DNA of 64,000 nt from Octopus vulgaris (lineage: Eukaryota). Positions 13,852 through 26,647 of the stretch are shown piece by piece. Position 1 is the stretch's first letter. The number at the start of each line of letters is the position of its first letter. The translations under genes and the position numbers were made by a program. The stretch is taken from contig OX597825.1 of NCBI GenBank assembly GCA_951406725.2, positions 55,428,001 to 55,492,000 on the forward strand. The letters are read 5' to 3'. The notes under the pieces are model-generated. The model saw only the letters and a program-made list of their open reading frames with translations, was not told the origin of the DNA and did not search any database.

Positions 13852-14068
13852 ATAAATGCAAAACAAGGTGGGAAGAAGCAGTACTCAAATACTGAAGGTA
13901 GAGTAATTATGCTTTTTATTAAGCCTCCAAACTCTTCGTAAACTGTTAATCAGAGCTTTACATTAATGTTTGCCCAACAGCTGTGTGTATGATCACAACT
14001 GTCTAGCAAACAGTAACATGAAACCCTGAGTAACAGTTTCAGAAGATTTTTTTCATCTTTAACAAAAT
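13852..14068. mobile_element. Penelope-like terminal-repeat-derived inverted-repeat element with decayed hammerhead core
   Basis: Arms aactgttaatcagagctttacatt...cagctg and caactgtctagcaaacagtaacatgaaaccctgagtaacagtt. Stem I aactgt/acagtt, GAAA and a GTA triplet are retained, but the CUGANGA box is decayed. Confidence 0.5.
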
Positions 14069-14344
14069 ATATATATACTGAGAGAGAGAGTGGGGGAAGA
14101 CAGAGAGACAAAAAGACAAAAGAGAGTATATGCTTCCGAACAGAGTATCCGAAGAGTTGTCAATATAGTCCGGTGGAAATATTTAGTATGACAGTTGCAT
14201 TCTAACCAGTCATATACTATAACAAGTAATATATTACTTGATGATATAAAAATATACCATTCAATTCTGCTGAATGTGCCTTTATATCTGTATTATGGGC
14301 AACTAAATAATTATCTATATGTAATCAAACATACATGTGTGAAG

Positions 14345-14688
14345 ACACATGGCTCACTAGTTAGAGCATCGGACCCATCATCAGGTAGTGAGTTCAATTC
14401 CTGGAATGGACAGTATGTTGTGTGCTTGAGCAAGACACTTTATTTCACATTGCTTCAGTTCAGTCAGCTGTAGAAATGAGTTGTAACGTCACTGGTACAA
14501 AGCTGTATCAGCCTTTGCCTTTCCTTTGGATAGCATCAGTGGCATGGAGAGAGGAGGTTGGTATGCATGGGCAACTACTGGTCTTCCATAAATAACCTAG
14601 CCCAGACTTTGCCTTAGAGGGTAACTTTCTAGGTGTAATCTCATGGTCATTCATGACCAAAGGGAGGGGGTCTTTAACCTTTATTTTA
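14345..14688 (+). mobile_element. tRNA-derived SINE, third family
   Basis: A-box-like tggctcactagtt, B-box-like gagttcaattcc, then cttgagcaagacactttatttcac. Related pieces at ~33070-33330 (+), 43470-43650 (-) and 45860-46170 (-). Confidence 0.7.
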
Positions 14689-14787
14689 TATACATATATA
14701 TATGCATATATCTATATATATGCATATATATATATATCTATATATAGGTAAAAAAATATAAAGAATGTGCGCTGCATTACATAAATA

Positions 14788-15021
14788 ATATTTCAAGAAA
14801 TTTTATAAAAACATATCTACGGAAACTTTGATAACAAAAGCAAGCAGGAAATTTGACAAAACTATATTACACAGAAAATTCATAGTTAATTCCGCATCAA
14901 TCAATGTCTAAGGGATCATAACAGTTTCACCTTGACTGATGGGGAATTAGCTACGAATTTTGTGTGTGTTATGGTTTTGTCAAATTTTCTGTTAATGCTT
15001 TTATAAAAATCCTTGAAATAT
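14788..15021. mobile_element. Fold-back element (~90-115 bp arms) in a (TA)n tract, with a hammerhead-like remnant
   Basis: atatttcaag...gaaatttgacaaaactat...aattcatagttaattccgcatcaatcaa pairs with ttgactgatggggaattagctacgaatt...ttttgtcaaattttc...cttgaaatat. Confidence 0.7.
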
Positions 15022-15067
15022 GTATATATGTATGTATGTATGTATGCATGTATGTATGTATGTATAG

Positions 15068-15248
15068 TGAGAATTTATAAAAAAAACAAAAGAAGACAGG
15101 TGCATAAATAACAAACAGATGTATTAGTTTAACACTTGGGAAGTGAGAAAGTCTTTTATGATTCGAACCTACACTCTTCGACAGAAAGGAACACAGAAAT
15201 AAACAGGGAGAGAAAATAAAAAAGGTTTAGTGGCTAGCAATCTATCAC
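15068..15248 (-). mobile_element. Penelope-like terminal-repeat-derived short element with decayed hammerhead motif
   Basis: Minus strand cttt CTGTCGA a gagt gtag gttc GAAT CATA aaag. A second copy lies at 26364-26550 and a fragment at ~13795-13828. Confidence 0.6.
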
Positions 15249-15417
15249 ACAGACACACACACAGATGTATAATTCTTAAACTTGATTCAGTCATTGGACC
15301 GCAGTTATGCAGTTACAACACCTTCAAGAAGTAACACCTATTCACTCATATTAACACTAGTACATATTTTCACATCTGCTGCTTATCAACCTTTATTTAC
15401 TGCACTGCAAATATACT

Positions 15418-15630
15418 CATCTACTCTAGGTACAAGGCCCAAAACTTTTGGCAAAGGGGCCAGTCGATTAGATCGACCCCCCCAGTACACAACTGGTACT
15501 TAATTTATTGACCTTGAGAGGATGAAAGGTAAAGTCGACCATGGTGGAATTTGAGCTCAGAATGTAAAGACAGACAAAATATCACTTAGCATTTTGCCTG
15601 GAGTGCTAACATATCTGCCAGCTCGCCGTC
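15418..15630 (-). mobile_element. Family-A SINE with 21-bp TSD
   Basis: ttactgcactgcaaatatact (15397-15417) / ttactgcactggaaatatact (15631-15651). Confidence 0.88.
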
Positions 15631-15981
15631 TTACTGCACTGGAAATATACTGGACTTAAACATAACCAACACCACATTTCTAGATTGCAAATAAAAATAA
15701 TATCATCATCATCACTTTCATCATATTACATCTGCTTTTCATACTGGCATGGGTTGGATAAATCATTGTAGCTCCTCTAGATGGTCAAAAGGGACTGCAC
15801 ATCTTACATGTCAGTTTCATTTTTGGCTTATTCTGTATAGCAGGATGTTCTTTCTAACACTAACCCACCACTCAGTAAGTGTGGGTGCATTTTTGTCACA
15901 TCACCACTGCTGGAGAGATTGTTAAGTCTTTGACAGAAATAAAGAGTCCTCACAATGTTACACTTAATAGGGTCCACTGGT

Positions 15982-16196
15982 TTAACTCTTTTGCAATTAA
16001 ACCAGCCATATCCAGCCCAAAATATTTTATGTTCAAACTGACCAAACCGTCACACCTATTCTACAATGTCTTACTCAAAATTAAACAATAACATCATTGC
16101 AATTTCAGAGCTACAAGATAATGCAGGGCCAATTCAAAACAATGTGAATAGATAAGCACTACATTCGACTAACTAATCTGAATTCTAATGGGTTAA
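15982..16196. mobile_element. piggyBac-like TTAA-flanked MITE (degenerate)
   Basis: ttaactcttttgcaatt ... aattctaatgggttaa ends. Confidence 0.55.
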
Positions 16197-16714
16197 ATTC
16201 ATTGTGGTACCAGTTATACAAGAGAGTACAAAAGTGATGGAGCCATGGATTACAAGAGGTGGATAACTGGTGAAAGTGGGTGATGGACGCTGGTACCAAA
16301 TGGTTAGAGGGTGAGTATTGGTAGAGCGGTTTGGGATACATAGTACATGTAGGTCTTAAGTAAATACTTCAAAATGGTCTAAGGGAGTTAGGATGATAAG
16401 TACAACTCTCTCACTGTAGTGAGGTATATACTTCAACATATATGTGTGTGTGTGTGTATGTGTGTGTGTGTGTGCACGTGCATGCATGCATGAACACAAT
16501 GGGCTTCAACAGTTTCTGTAAAGGTGAGTCAGAAAGTAATGTACATAAATAGTGTATTACTGGTTCACCTGCATATCTACCAAATTTCACTGACAAGGAA
16601 TTCATCAACTCAAAGCTACAGCTGCACAAGAATGCAGTGCAATCAGACTCAGAGTTACATGGTAATGAGACTAACCTCTTAGCTCCACAGCAATGTGTAT
16701 TCCTAAATATCTAT

Positions 16715-16749
<35 letters not shown>

Positions 16750-16807
16750 AATATATATAAATATATCTTTCAGTCCCGCCTGACTAAAAAAAAAGAAAAC
16801 ACAAAAC

Positions 16808-17208
16808 AGGCATGGCTGTGTGGTAAGAAGTTTGCTTCCCAACCACATGGTTCCAGGTTCAGTTTCACTGCATTGCACTTTGGGTAAATGTCTTCTACTA
16901 TAGCCTTGGGCTGTCCAAAGCCTTATGAATGAATTTGGTAGACAGAAACTGAAAAAAGTCCATTGCGTGTATGTGTGCGTGTATGTGTGCGTGTGTGTGT
17001 GTCTTTCTTTGTCCCACCCATTGTTTAACAACCAGTCTTGGTTTGTTTACATCCCTGTAACTTAGTGGTTTGGCAAAAAGGCCAATAGAATAAGTACCAG
17101 GCTTTAAAAATAAATAAAGATAAGTCGACTCATTCAACTAAACACTTCTTCAAAGCAGTGCCCCACCATGGCCGCAGTCTAATGTCTGAAACGACTAAGA
17201 AGATAAAA
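16808..17208 (+). mobile_element. Full-length CORE-type SINE with internal (TG)n (family B)
   Basis: tRNA-like head ggcatggctgtgtggtaag...ggttcagt, CORE-like actttgggtaaatgtcttctactatagcc, then (TG)n and a 3' body ending catggccgcagtctaatg.ctgaaac. Other copies or parts at ~80-190 (-), 4352, 10155 (-), 10485, 18920, 21611, 45475, 47490-47820 (-), 48440-48630 and 58131 (-). Confidence 0.85.
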
Positions 17209-17466
17209 GCTAACTAAGCAGTCAGTTGTCTGAGTCTGTCTCTAAACATAACATTGTGTTCTGTTTGTTTTCTTTTTGTTTTTGTTTTTAATGATCAAAG
17301 CACTTAAAACTTAATGACTCGCTCTAACAGCTGGTACCCGAGAGGGTACAGCACTTTCTAAAGCAACAATAAGAACATAGTTAAAGTTGTAGAGTTCACT
17401 GTTACTTTGCAAGAAACAGCTTGGGAGACATTTGTTTCTACGGAGAAAATGTCAGTCTTTCTAAAT

Positions 17467-17838
17467 TAGTGATTCCTAACATGAGGAATATGCCCCACCG
17501 GTGAAGTCTGGGAAAATAGTGATGGGGCATGGGAAACCCAAATTTTAATTTTTTTTTTTCTTTTTCAGATGGACATAGAATTGTGAAAATCTTTTTTCCA
17601 CAGCAAACATACTATACCTATACTCAACCTAGCCAAACCAATCCTCCCAGCCAAGAATACTGAAGGCTGTTGCTTCAGTATAGTGCTTTTCTAATGCCCT
17701 GGTGTGGGTATTTCTTTAAGGAAAGTATATAATTATGAAATATGAAAAATAAAGTTTTTTTTTCAACCTCTGGTGGGCATACATTTTTCTGGGAAATTAT
17801 AGAGGAAGATGGTAGAAAAAAATGGTTGGGTAACCCTG
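17467..17838. mobile_element. hAT-type MITE with 8-bp TSD TTCTAAAT
   Basis: ttctaaat|tagtgattcctaac ... ggttgggtaaccctg|ttctaaat. Confidence 0.75.
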
Positions 17839-18136
17839 TTCTAAATAAACACAGGACTATACCTCAAACTAAGACTGATGTATTAAACAATACACTACCC
17901 CAAGAAAGAGCATGCACTTCCACATTGTACGTTTTTTACTACTAAGTAAGCTGCACTTGTTTATGACAGTAGACGTACAGGTTTTTCTATGCTACATTAA
18001 TAGATAAGGGAGCTGCACCTAGATTAAATAATTATATGCTACTGGCCAGAAAGCATACTTCATTGAACTGTGTCCCTCCTTGGTAAAACATTCATAAACT
18101 GAAGGACAGAACACATTATTCTACATCATGGGAGAG

Positions 18137-18364
18137 CAATTTATTAACATGCAAAACTGTTAAATTCACTTTAAATTTAAATTTATTTCATGAGGTGACA
18201 AAATTTTCGCTGTACAACTGCAACCAGGTCCCACTGCTACCACAACCAATTTGCAATTCCATTGAGTCAATGAACAGGTGGCAGTTGTGTGACAGAAATC
18301 TTGACACCTCATGAAATATATCTAAATTTGAAGTGAAAATAACAGGTTTGTGAGTTAATAAATG
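18137..18364. mobile_element. Fold-back MITE with ~90-bp imperfect inverted arms
   Basis: tttattaac...ctgtt...ttcactttaaattt...atttcatgaggtgacaa...caactgcaacc versus ggtggcagttg...ttgacacctcatgaaat...aaatttgaagtgaa...aacag...gttaataaa. Confidence 0.75.
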
Positions 18365-20036
18365 GTACTGCCATAATAGAGTTGCTTCAGTTCCAACACA
18401 GACTTTCAGATCAAGTTTCTTGTGAGACAACTACAACTCCTGAATACTTGCTTCCAGTCACAAAAATAAAGATGAATTTATTTAAAACCTGTGTGAACAC
18501 TAGGATATTTTACATCCATGGAGTTCCTATTTTGTACTTGGTATACAGGATAGGTCAAGAAACCCCCATAGGATTTATTTACAACTTGGTGAACTTGACA
18601 CAGCAGCAAATTGTGATAATCAATGGTACTGACAGCTAGATAACCAGAGTACTGTACCCACCATGTGGTACTTATTTATAGTCTCAGGGTCTACTACTTA
18701 GAACAATAAGCTCTACTGTGATGCTACATTTTACAGCTTTGGTGATTCATACAGCAATGAACAGTTTCAAATCAGTGTGCTTACTTGTTTTCGGTGGGTC
18801 AGGAACATTAAAGCATACTTCCACATGACACCTAGTGCCAGACAGTGCATAACTGACAGGATTTTTAAAAAGTTGTTAAAAAAAATACCATTGTCTAAAA
18901 AAAAAAAAAGACAACAGTATCACTGCATGGCACCAAGAGCAAGTGTCATCTACTACAGCCCCAGGCTAACCAATGCTTTGTGAGTGGATTTGGTAGACAG
19001 AAACTGAAAGAAGTCAATCATCTGTGTGTTTGTGTTGCCTTGTCCTGATAGTTGTAAATGAGCATCACCATCAAAGAAATAATGACAACCATTTCCAATC
19101 TTTCAGACTTTGAAAAATATTATTTTATTTAAATATTAGGGATAAGAAGAGCATCTATTTGTAGTAAAAATCTGTCCTAGCAAATTCCATCTGACCCATG
19201 CAAGCATGAAAGAGTGGATGTTAAAACAATGATGATGCTGAGTCTCAGTTAGAACTATGTCTGAATGAATGAGTGGCTGGCCACAATTGGAACACCTTGG
19301 ATTATTAAAAAAAAAAAAAAACAACTCAGAGGATCAGGTTTGATCTTGAACTAAACTGTAACAAGCTCACAAATCTGAGAAACACTGCAATTATGTTATA
19401 CTTTTTGTTAAGCTAGCAATATGTGGTTTGAAGACAATTTCAGTTATTTCCAGCAGGTCAACCAATCAATATTAGCATAACAAACAACATTTGTCTCTCC
19501 TATTGTTGTTCTTTAGTCACAGATCAGTTCTGAGCAAATGAACCTATTATCAAAGTTTTCCAATCATGGCAATCCTATCTTACATTCAGATTATATGCCC
19601 AACGCTGCAATATCCAAAGTGGACTTCTATTTTCTTTTTGTTTTTTAATGTGTAATTTGAATGATGTTTGGCTGTTATTTCAAGTAGGTTGAAATTCAGT
19701 CCATGGTTACGCTAATAAATGTTTGAATTAGTATGTCAAGCAACCTAACAAAACTCCAAGTTACACCTCAAACTTTCATTTTAATATACCCTTCAATGAT
19801 ACACTAAAGAATTAGACAAGACATCACTCATTTTCTTGCCTTTTAGTGAAGCACACAGACATATACATACATGAGGATAAATACACACATATACATACAG
19901 ATACATCTATATATTATACATACAAATATATTCGCATACACATAAATATAAACTTAGATATATACATTCACACATATACTGACATATGTATATATAATAT
20001 ATATGTTTATACAATCAATGTGTGTGTAATTATATT

Positions 20037-20070
<34 letters not shown>

Positions 20071-20667
20071 TACACGTTCACATTCACACATATATGCACA
20101 CACAAATCCTTTGCGTTCCACATGAACAAAAAGAAAAAAAAACAAACAATAAAAAGAGCAACACAAAAGCTAACACAGAACAATGAGAAAACAATACAAC
20201 AATAGCAAAAAACACAACAAAACACACAGTGAAAGGTCCCACCATGGGGTTGGAGCTGTTATATCAATATACAGTTGGTGCTTCATGAACTGAAGCTAAA
20301 TGAATAATAATAATGTTGCACGTTCTTTTGTATATTTTATTATATCATATTTACATACACACAAACCATATATATGTGTATATATATATATATATATAGA
20401 TGGACACATACACATTTTAAATATATATGTATGTTTGCATTTTTTTTATATATGTTTGTGTTTTTTCCAGTCTAGAGGCCACAGTAACAAAAAAAATCAG
20501 TAAATGACTGCCAACCATTCCAGAATGTTCCGGTGAACAGTTCCGCTATTTTGACTTCCATACAGAACTTTAAACACATTCTAGCGTTTGTTTGTCTTGC
20601 TTTATTTGTTTTCCTTATTATTTTGCATTGTTTTTGTTTCTTTTTCTTCATTTTCCTCCTCCCATCT

Positions 20668-20722
<55 letters not shown>

Positions 20723-21070
20723 CATATATAGACACAAGCACATATGTATACATGAGCATGTATACATCTTTTACACTGATTATTGACACGTGTTACCATG
20801 TTATGAAATGCCATCATCATCAACATTATTATTAGTATTATCATTAGGGCGGTAGATGGCAGAGCAAGTGGAGTGTTGGACAAATTGCATATAATATAAA
20901 AGAAATCTCTTTTGCTACTGTACTTTTATTGTTATTATCATTATTATTGCTACTTGTATTATTATTATTATTATTATTATTTGTGTTGTCAGTAATGTTG
21001 TTTTTATTGATGTGCCTGCTGTTGATGTTATTTTGATTAATACCATTATGTAGTAGTAGTAGTAGTAGTG

Positions 21071-21115
<45 letters not shown>

Positions 21116-21610
21116 AAGGCAGCCATTTCAAGAGATGTGTAACGATCTCTATCATTCGAATGCTAAATAATATAAAAAGATTATATTTACATGAATGCAT
21201 GTGTGTGTGTGTGTGTGTGTAAGCATATATACATACATACATATATGTATATATGTATGCACACACATTCATATATATATATATACAAACATATATATGT
21301 ATGTGTATATATATGTACTTATATTTATATCAGTCTATATTTCTACATACTTCTTGCAATAACATGCCCAAGTAGTTATTAAGTTCAGTTCACACTCACA
21401 AGGTTACCGTTTCGATCCAACTGAAAGGTATTTTGGGCAGGTGTCATTCGTCATGGTATCAGGTCAACCCAAACCTGCAGGGTGAAATTGCACAAACAAA
21501 ATCAATTGGAACTCAATCAGATGAAATGACCTATAATCAAAGGTCCAGTCCCAGCATATACAGTATCGTAATGATTTTGTCTGAGAATTCCAAAACATAT
21601 ATATGTGTAG

Positions 21611-22005
21611 GTGCATGCATGGCTGTGTGATGAGAAGCTTGCTTCACAACCATATGGTTCCGGGTTCAGTCCCACTGCATGGTACTTTGAGCAAGCGTCT
21701 TCAACTATAGCTTCAGGCTGACCAAAGCCTTGTGAGTGAATTTGGTAAATGGAAACTGAAAGAAGCCTGTAATGTGTGTCTGTGTGTCTTCATGTCTCTG
21801 TTTGTTCCCTGCCACCACTTGACAATTGGTGTTGCTAAGTTTGCATCCCTATAACTTAGTAGTTTGGCAAACAAGATCAATAGAAGAAGTAACCAGTTTA
21901 AAAAAAAGTAAGTACTGGTGTCAGTTCATTTGACTAAAAGTTCTCCAAAGCTTTGCCCCAGCATGACCACAGTCTAATGACTGAAGCAAGTAAAAAATAA
22001 AAGAT
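21611..22005 (+). mobile_element. Full-length family-B CORE-type SINE
   Basis: Colinear with 16808-17208. Confidence 0.85.
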
Positions 22006-23139
22006 GCCTATGGAATACTCAGCCAATTTTTTAGAATACAAAATGGTCTATTTTTGTAATTTAAAGAGCTTTGCCTTATGCAGTGTGTCACTGATTATAC
22101 CTTGAGATTAAGGGTCGATATATCTGTGCTATACTCAACCACTTCTATGAGTAGGTAGTTCAGTTGATTGAACATTTCAAAACATCATCAGTGAAAATGA
22201 GGCAGGAACTATTATATCTTTGTGGTAAATATTATGTACATGAACACACATACATATATATACATACATCCACCCACCCACCCACACACACAAGCACGCA
22301 TACACAAATGCACACATACATACACATATATATATATATATACACACACATACATGTGCTTATACAAACACACATTTAAATCTTTATGTCTGTGAGGATC
22401 TATATGCATGTGTGAGTGCATGTGTTTATGTGAACATGTATACAAGCATGAGTGTATGTATGCATATATGTGCATTAGTTAATGTGTAATAAACAGGGCT
22501 TACATTCCCAAACTGCAATTTTGTCTGGTTCGTTGACTATACACATTAGTGAGTTTGAAAGCAATAAAACATCTTTAGTGGTGCAAGAAGTGTAAATCAT
22601 CTTTGAAATTCTTGAGGAAATACTTAGTCATGTGTCAGCAAGTTGAAATTAGCTCGTTTTTTTAAATTGAAGATTGAGGTTGGATGGTGGACGAAAGAAA
22701 CATATTCTCTGCTTATCTTACACTCTACACACTGCCAACAAAGTTATATTGAGTACTTGTGCTTTTTGCACCAAAGCATAAACAAAAACTAAACGTATAC
22801 ACACATGCACAAAAATATATAATTGTTGTTTTTTTAAATCTCTTTACATGTAATATATTTTCTTGTTATCATGAAAAATATTTTTTCAACATTAATATAT
22901 CGCTATCATTTTGTTAAGTTATCCTTAAAATATATATTTTTTTAATGCCTAACTTTGAAATTTAAGTTCTTTCCTTAACTTTCAAAGCTGTTTTTATAGT
23001 ATTATCTGGTTTGTATGTAAGACAGATGTTTTCGTTTCATGTTATTAATTTCATATATAATTTGAAATATTTTAGTTTACAATCAGTTAGAGATCTGCCC
23101 TTCATTAAGGTAAGAGGTACGTGTTGACTTACCACTCAC

Positions 23140-23238
23140 AGTCAGGTAACGCAGCATATTATGTATGTCAGGCCCATTACTTTTATAACTGTTTACATGT
23201 TTCTCGATATGTATCACCAAGCTTCTAATTTTACTGTA
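23140..23238 (-). CDS. Candidate 99-nt phase 0-0 exon (YSKIRSLVIHIEKHVNSYKSNGPDIHNMLRYLT)
   Basis: Minus strand tctatttag| ... ACT|gtgagt, with a second consensus donor G|gtaagt 7 nt further on. Open frame, unique AT-rich flanks, weak acceptor. Confidence 0.22.
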
Positions 23239-24018
23239 CTAAATAGATTTCAATACAAGATATTTTCAAACATCAATACTCAGTGATAGGTAATATTTTT
23301 AGCCTATTCTCTTGAGCTATCTTAAAATTTCCTTTACACATGGAGAGAATTTTCTAACTTTCATGAGATGTTTCAAGTATAAATGTACATGCATGCACAC
23401 ACACACACACACACACATATTCATACATATATATATGCATATATATGAGCCCTTTGCTATGAGTGCATGGGTTAAACATGTTTGCTATGGAAATGTCTTA
23501 TGACCAAACACTCTTCTTGTTAACAATTCTTACAACGCACAAAAATACATTGCAGGTTTATGTTTGTGTGTATGTGTACATATCTATATATACATATATA
23601 TGCACACACATGTATATATCCCAATTCCCTATGCTTGTGTGTATGAGTGCATTCACTTTCTATCTTTGTTTTTCTAATTAAGGCATTTTCATATTTTTCA
23701 GTTAGTAATACCAGGTTTATTGATTACTAATAGTTAAAAGTACAGTCACTGATGAAATCCCAACACAAGGCTTAAGCTATTTCAGTTTGTCGCTGTTTTT
23801 CTGTTCACAGAGATATTGTACATACAAAGTGTTGACACCTGTCTGTACAGATATAACTGCAAAGCATAAGGTTGAAGGGAAGGTGAAAGAGAGTAGAAAG
23901 CATGAAATTTGTAGGGCTGTGGGTGTCATTCGATTTGGCTGACATGTTCATGCAGCAAGATGAGATGAGCAGCAGCCATTGTGACAGTGATAGAAGAGAC
24001 AGGGAGAGTACAAAAGTA

Positions 24019-24582
24019 CAAGGGTGAGTCAAAAAGTAATGCCATTTTGTTTAAGACAGGTGTACTTACCAACACAGGAGCATGTATCATACATCAAAAT
24101 GAAGCTGGTTCTCTGTGGATCACATCACTACTTCTCAACATAGTTACCTTTTCTCTCAATAGCAATGTTCCACCTTCGAATGAGAGCATGTATCTCTGCC
24201 CCGTAAAATTCTGTTGACTGTTCTTTGAGCCACTTCTTCACTTCAGTTTTCACTTCCTCGTCACCAGATTTAGCGCCTTCAGACTATCATCTTTTCAGCT
24301 CAATGAAAGAGGGCTTGAGAGGCAAACATTATTCCAGTGACGAGGAAGTGAAAACTGAAATGAAGAAGTGGCTGAAACAACAGTCAACAGAATTTTACGG
24401 GGCAGGGATACATCCTCTCGTTCGAAGGTGGAACATTGCTATTGTGAGAAATGGCGACTATGTTGAGAAGTAGTGATGTAATTCACAGAGGACCAGCTTC
24501 ATTTTGATGTATGATACATGTTCCTGTGTAGGTAATTATACTTGTCCTAAACAAAATGGCATTACTTTTTGACTCACCCTCG
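24019..24582. mobile_element. Palindromic non-autonomous mariner made of two transposon 3' ends (~245-bp arms)
   Basis: TA|c.agggtgagtcaaaaagtaatgccattt ... aaatggcattactttttgactcaccctcg|TA. ORF 24225-24473 contains SPDLAPSDYHLF...RWN...GDYVEK, a mariner C-terminus. Confidence 0.93.
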
Positions 24583-25649
24583 TATATCTATGACAGAACT
24601 CTCTGAACAACATTATAGACCCCTCCTCCTGGCAAACCAATGTACTGCAGCAGCTCCTATATACATACATAGATTAGCAGCAAGTCCTTAGACTCTAGGA
24701 GCCCATGGACACCTATCCAATGTGCTGATATTTAAATAATGTTGGTCTTTGAGCCAGTGGTTCAATATATTGGTGATTGAATATTTACTAATCAACTTAG
24801 GGATCATTTTTTAAAACTTTTTTTGTGGTCAAGATTGTTTGAGGGAGAGAGAAGTAGCAGTACAGCCCCAGATCTGTTAGCAGTACACATATAAATCTTC
24901 AGAATTTTGTAAGCCTTCAACAAGCCTTTGTGACTGAAATATTTCTTGGTCTTAAAGAGGAAATTGTTGTCTTCTAGATGTGACCCTAATAAGTTTAAAT
25001 GTGCAACAATAACAGCAGTATTGTGCCAGACAAGTGAGCAAGCATTCTGATGTCAGGGGTCATTGAGTTTTGTTTAAAGTCATTGACATATCAGAGCTGA
25101 ATTATAACTGGCCCTGATGCAGAACACAATGTATTTGGGAAGTGACTCAAGATGTGTGTATGTGTGTGTACACACGTGAAATAGCAGCACCATCCAAAGA
25201 TATGTTAGTAGAGTGCAAAGCCACTAACATACATTTCTAAACAATATTATGTGTTATACATTTTGTAAACTACATTATTTTGGGAGACAAAATAAATACT
25301 GAACACACAGAGAGAAACCAAACCAAGCCTTAAGTATTCATAGACAAATGTGCTGCTTTTGACACTCCCTAGGGACTCAAGGAATTCTTTCTAACAAATT
25401 AAGCATCAAATATTTATCTCTAGTACCAACCACTTATCTCAATTAGAAAATTGTGGTAAAGAAGACACATGCCCACCCACACACCACATACATACACACA
25501 ATGAGACATTGAATATACTTTTGTTAACTGAACAGTAATCTGAGATTGAATACATACGAACATCTACACACACATACATAAATACATATAAAATATATAT
25601 ATATGCATAAATATATATATTATATGTGTGTGTGTGTGTGTGTGTGTGA

Positions 25650-25695
<46 letters not shown>

Positions 25696-25876
25696 TTCTT
25701 TGTATGTGTACATATACAAATACGTATGCATGTATACTTATATATATATACATGTGTATATGTGTGTACTGAATATATGCATACATATATGCAGGTGTAT
25801 GTATATTTGTGTGTATTGAACATACATACATATATATTTAAACATACAGGTGTATGTATATTTGTGTATTGAACAA

Positions 25877-25915
<39 letters not shown>

Positions 25916-26069
25916 TATATTATATGTGCATGTACAATGATGATGGTCATCATTATTATTTAAGGTCCTTTTTCTATGCAGAGGAAAACATTGTGAGTGG
26001 ATTTTGTGGTCAGAAACTGAAGGATGTCCATTGTGTACACATGTACACACACGCATATGCAAGTGCACT

Positions 26070-26101
<32 letters not shown>

Positions 26102-26268
26102 TGCTATACATATCACCCAGCAGGTATGGATATTAATCTCAAAATCTTTGAGGAAGAGAATATTCATAGACATCTGCATTCAAACCTACAGTTTCTCTAC
26201 CTAGCTAATAAATTCCCATATTATAATCATCGGCACATCTGTTTGGTTATTCTATTAAATGTCTAGAT

Positions 26269-26647
26269 CAGTGGTTCCCAACCTGTGGTCAGTGGACCCC
26301 TAGTGGTCTGCAAAGGTAGTACTGGGGGTTCATGAACTAAATTCAAAATTTGATATATATATAGTGGGAATTTACAGAAAAACAAAAGATGAAGACAGGT
26401 GTATGAATATCTAACAGGTGTCTTAGTTTAATGCTTGGGAAGGTGAGAAAGTCTTTTACATTTCGAGTCTATGCTTTTTAACAGAAAGGAACACAAGGAA
26501 ATAAACAGAGAGAGAATTAAAAAAGGCTTTTGAAGCTAGCGGTCAATCATATATATATACATGAGGATAAGCATATTAAAAAGGGTCTGTGGGAAAATTC
26601 ATTTAAATAAAAGGGGTCCTTGGTAGTGAAAAGGTTGGGAACCACTG
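26269..26647. mobile_element. hAT (Charlie-like) MITE with perfect 8-bp TSD GTCTAGAT and a nested Penelope-like fragment
   Basis: gtctagat|cagtggttcccaacct ... aggttgggaaccactg|gtctagat. The insert at 26364-26550 sits in a (TA)n run. Confidence 0.92.

Noticed and set aside
20517-20531. Perfect heat-shock element TTCnnGAAnnTTC
   Set aside because: About one such match is expected by chance in 64 kb of AT-rich DNA, and it is far from any promoter candidate.
23749-23790. CTGATGA box (also at ~37838)
   Set aside because: No properly placed stem II, GAAA box or NUH site, so not called as a hammerhead.
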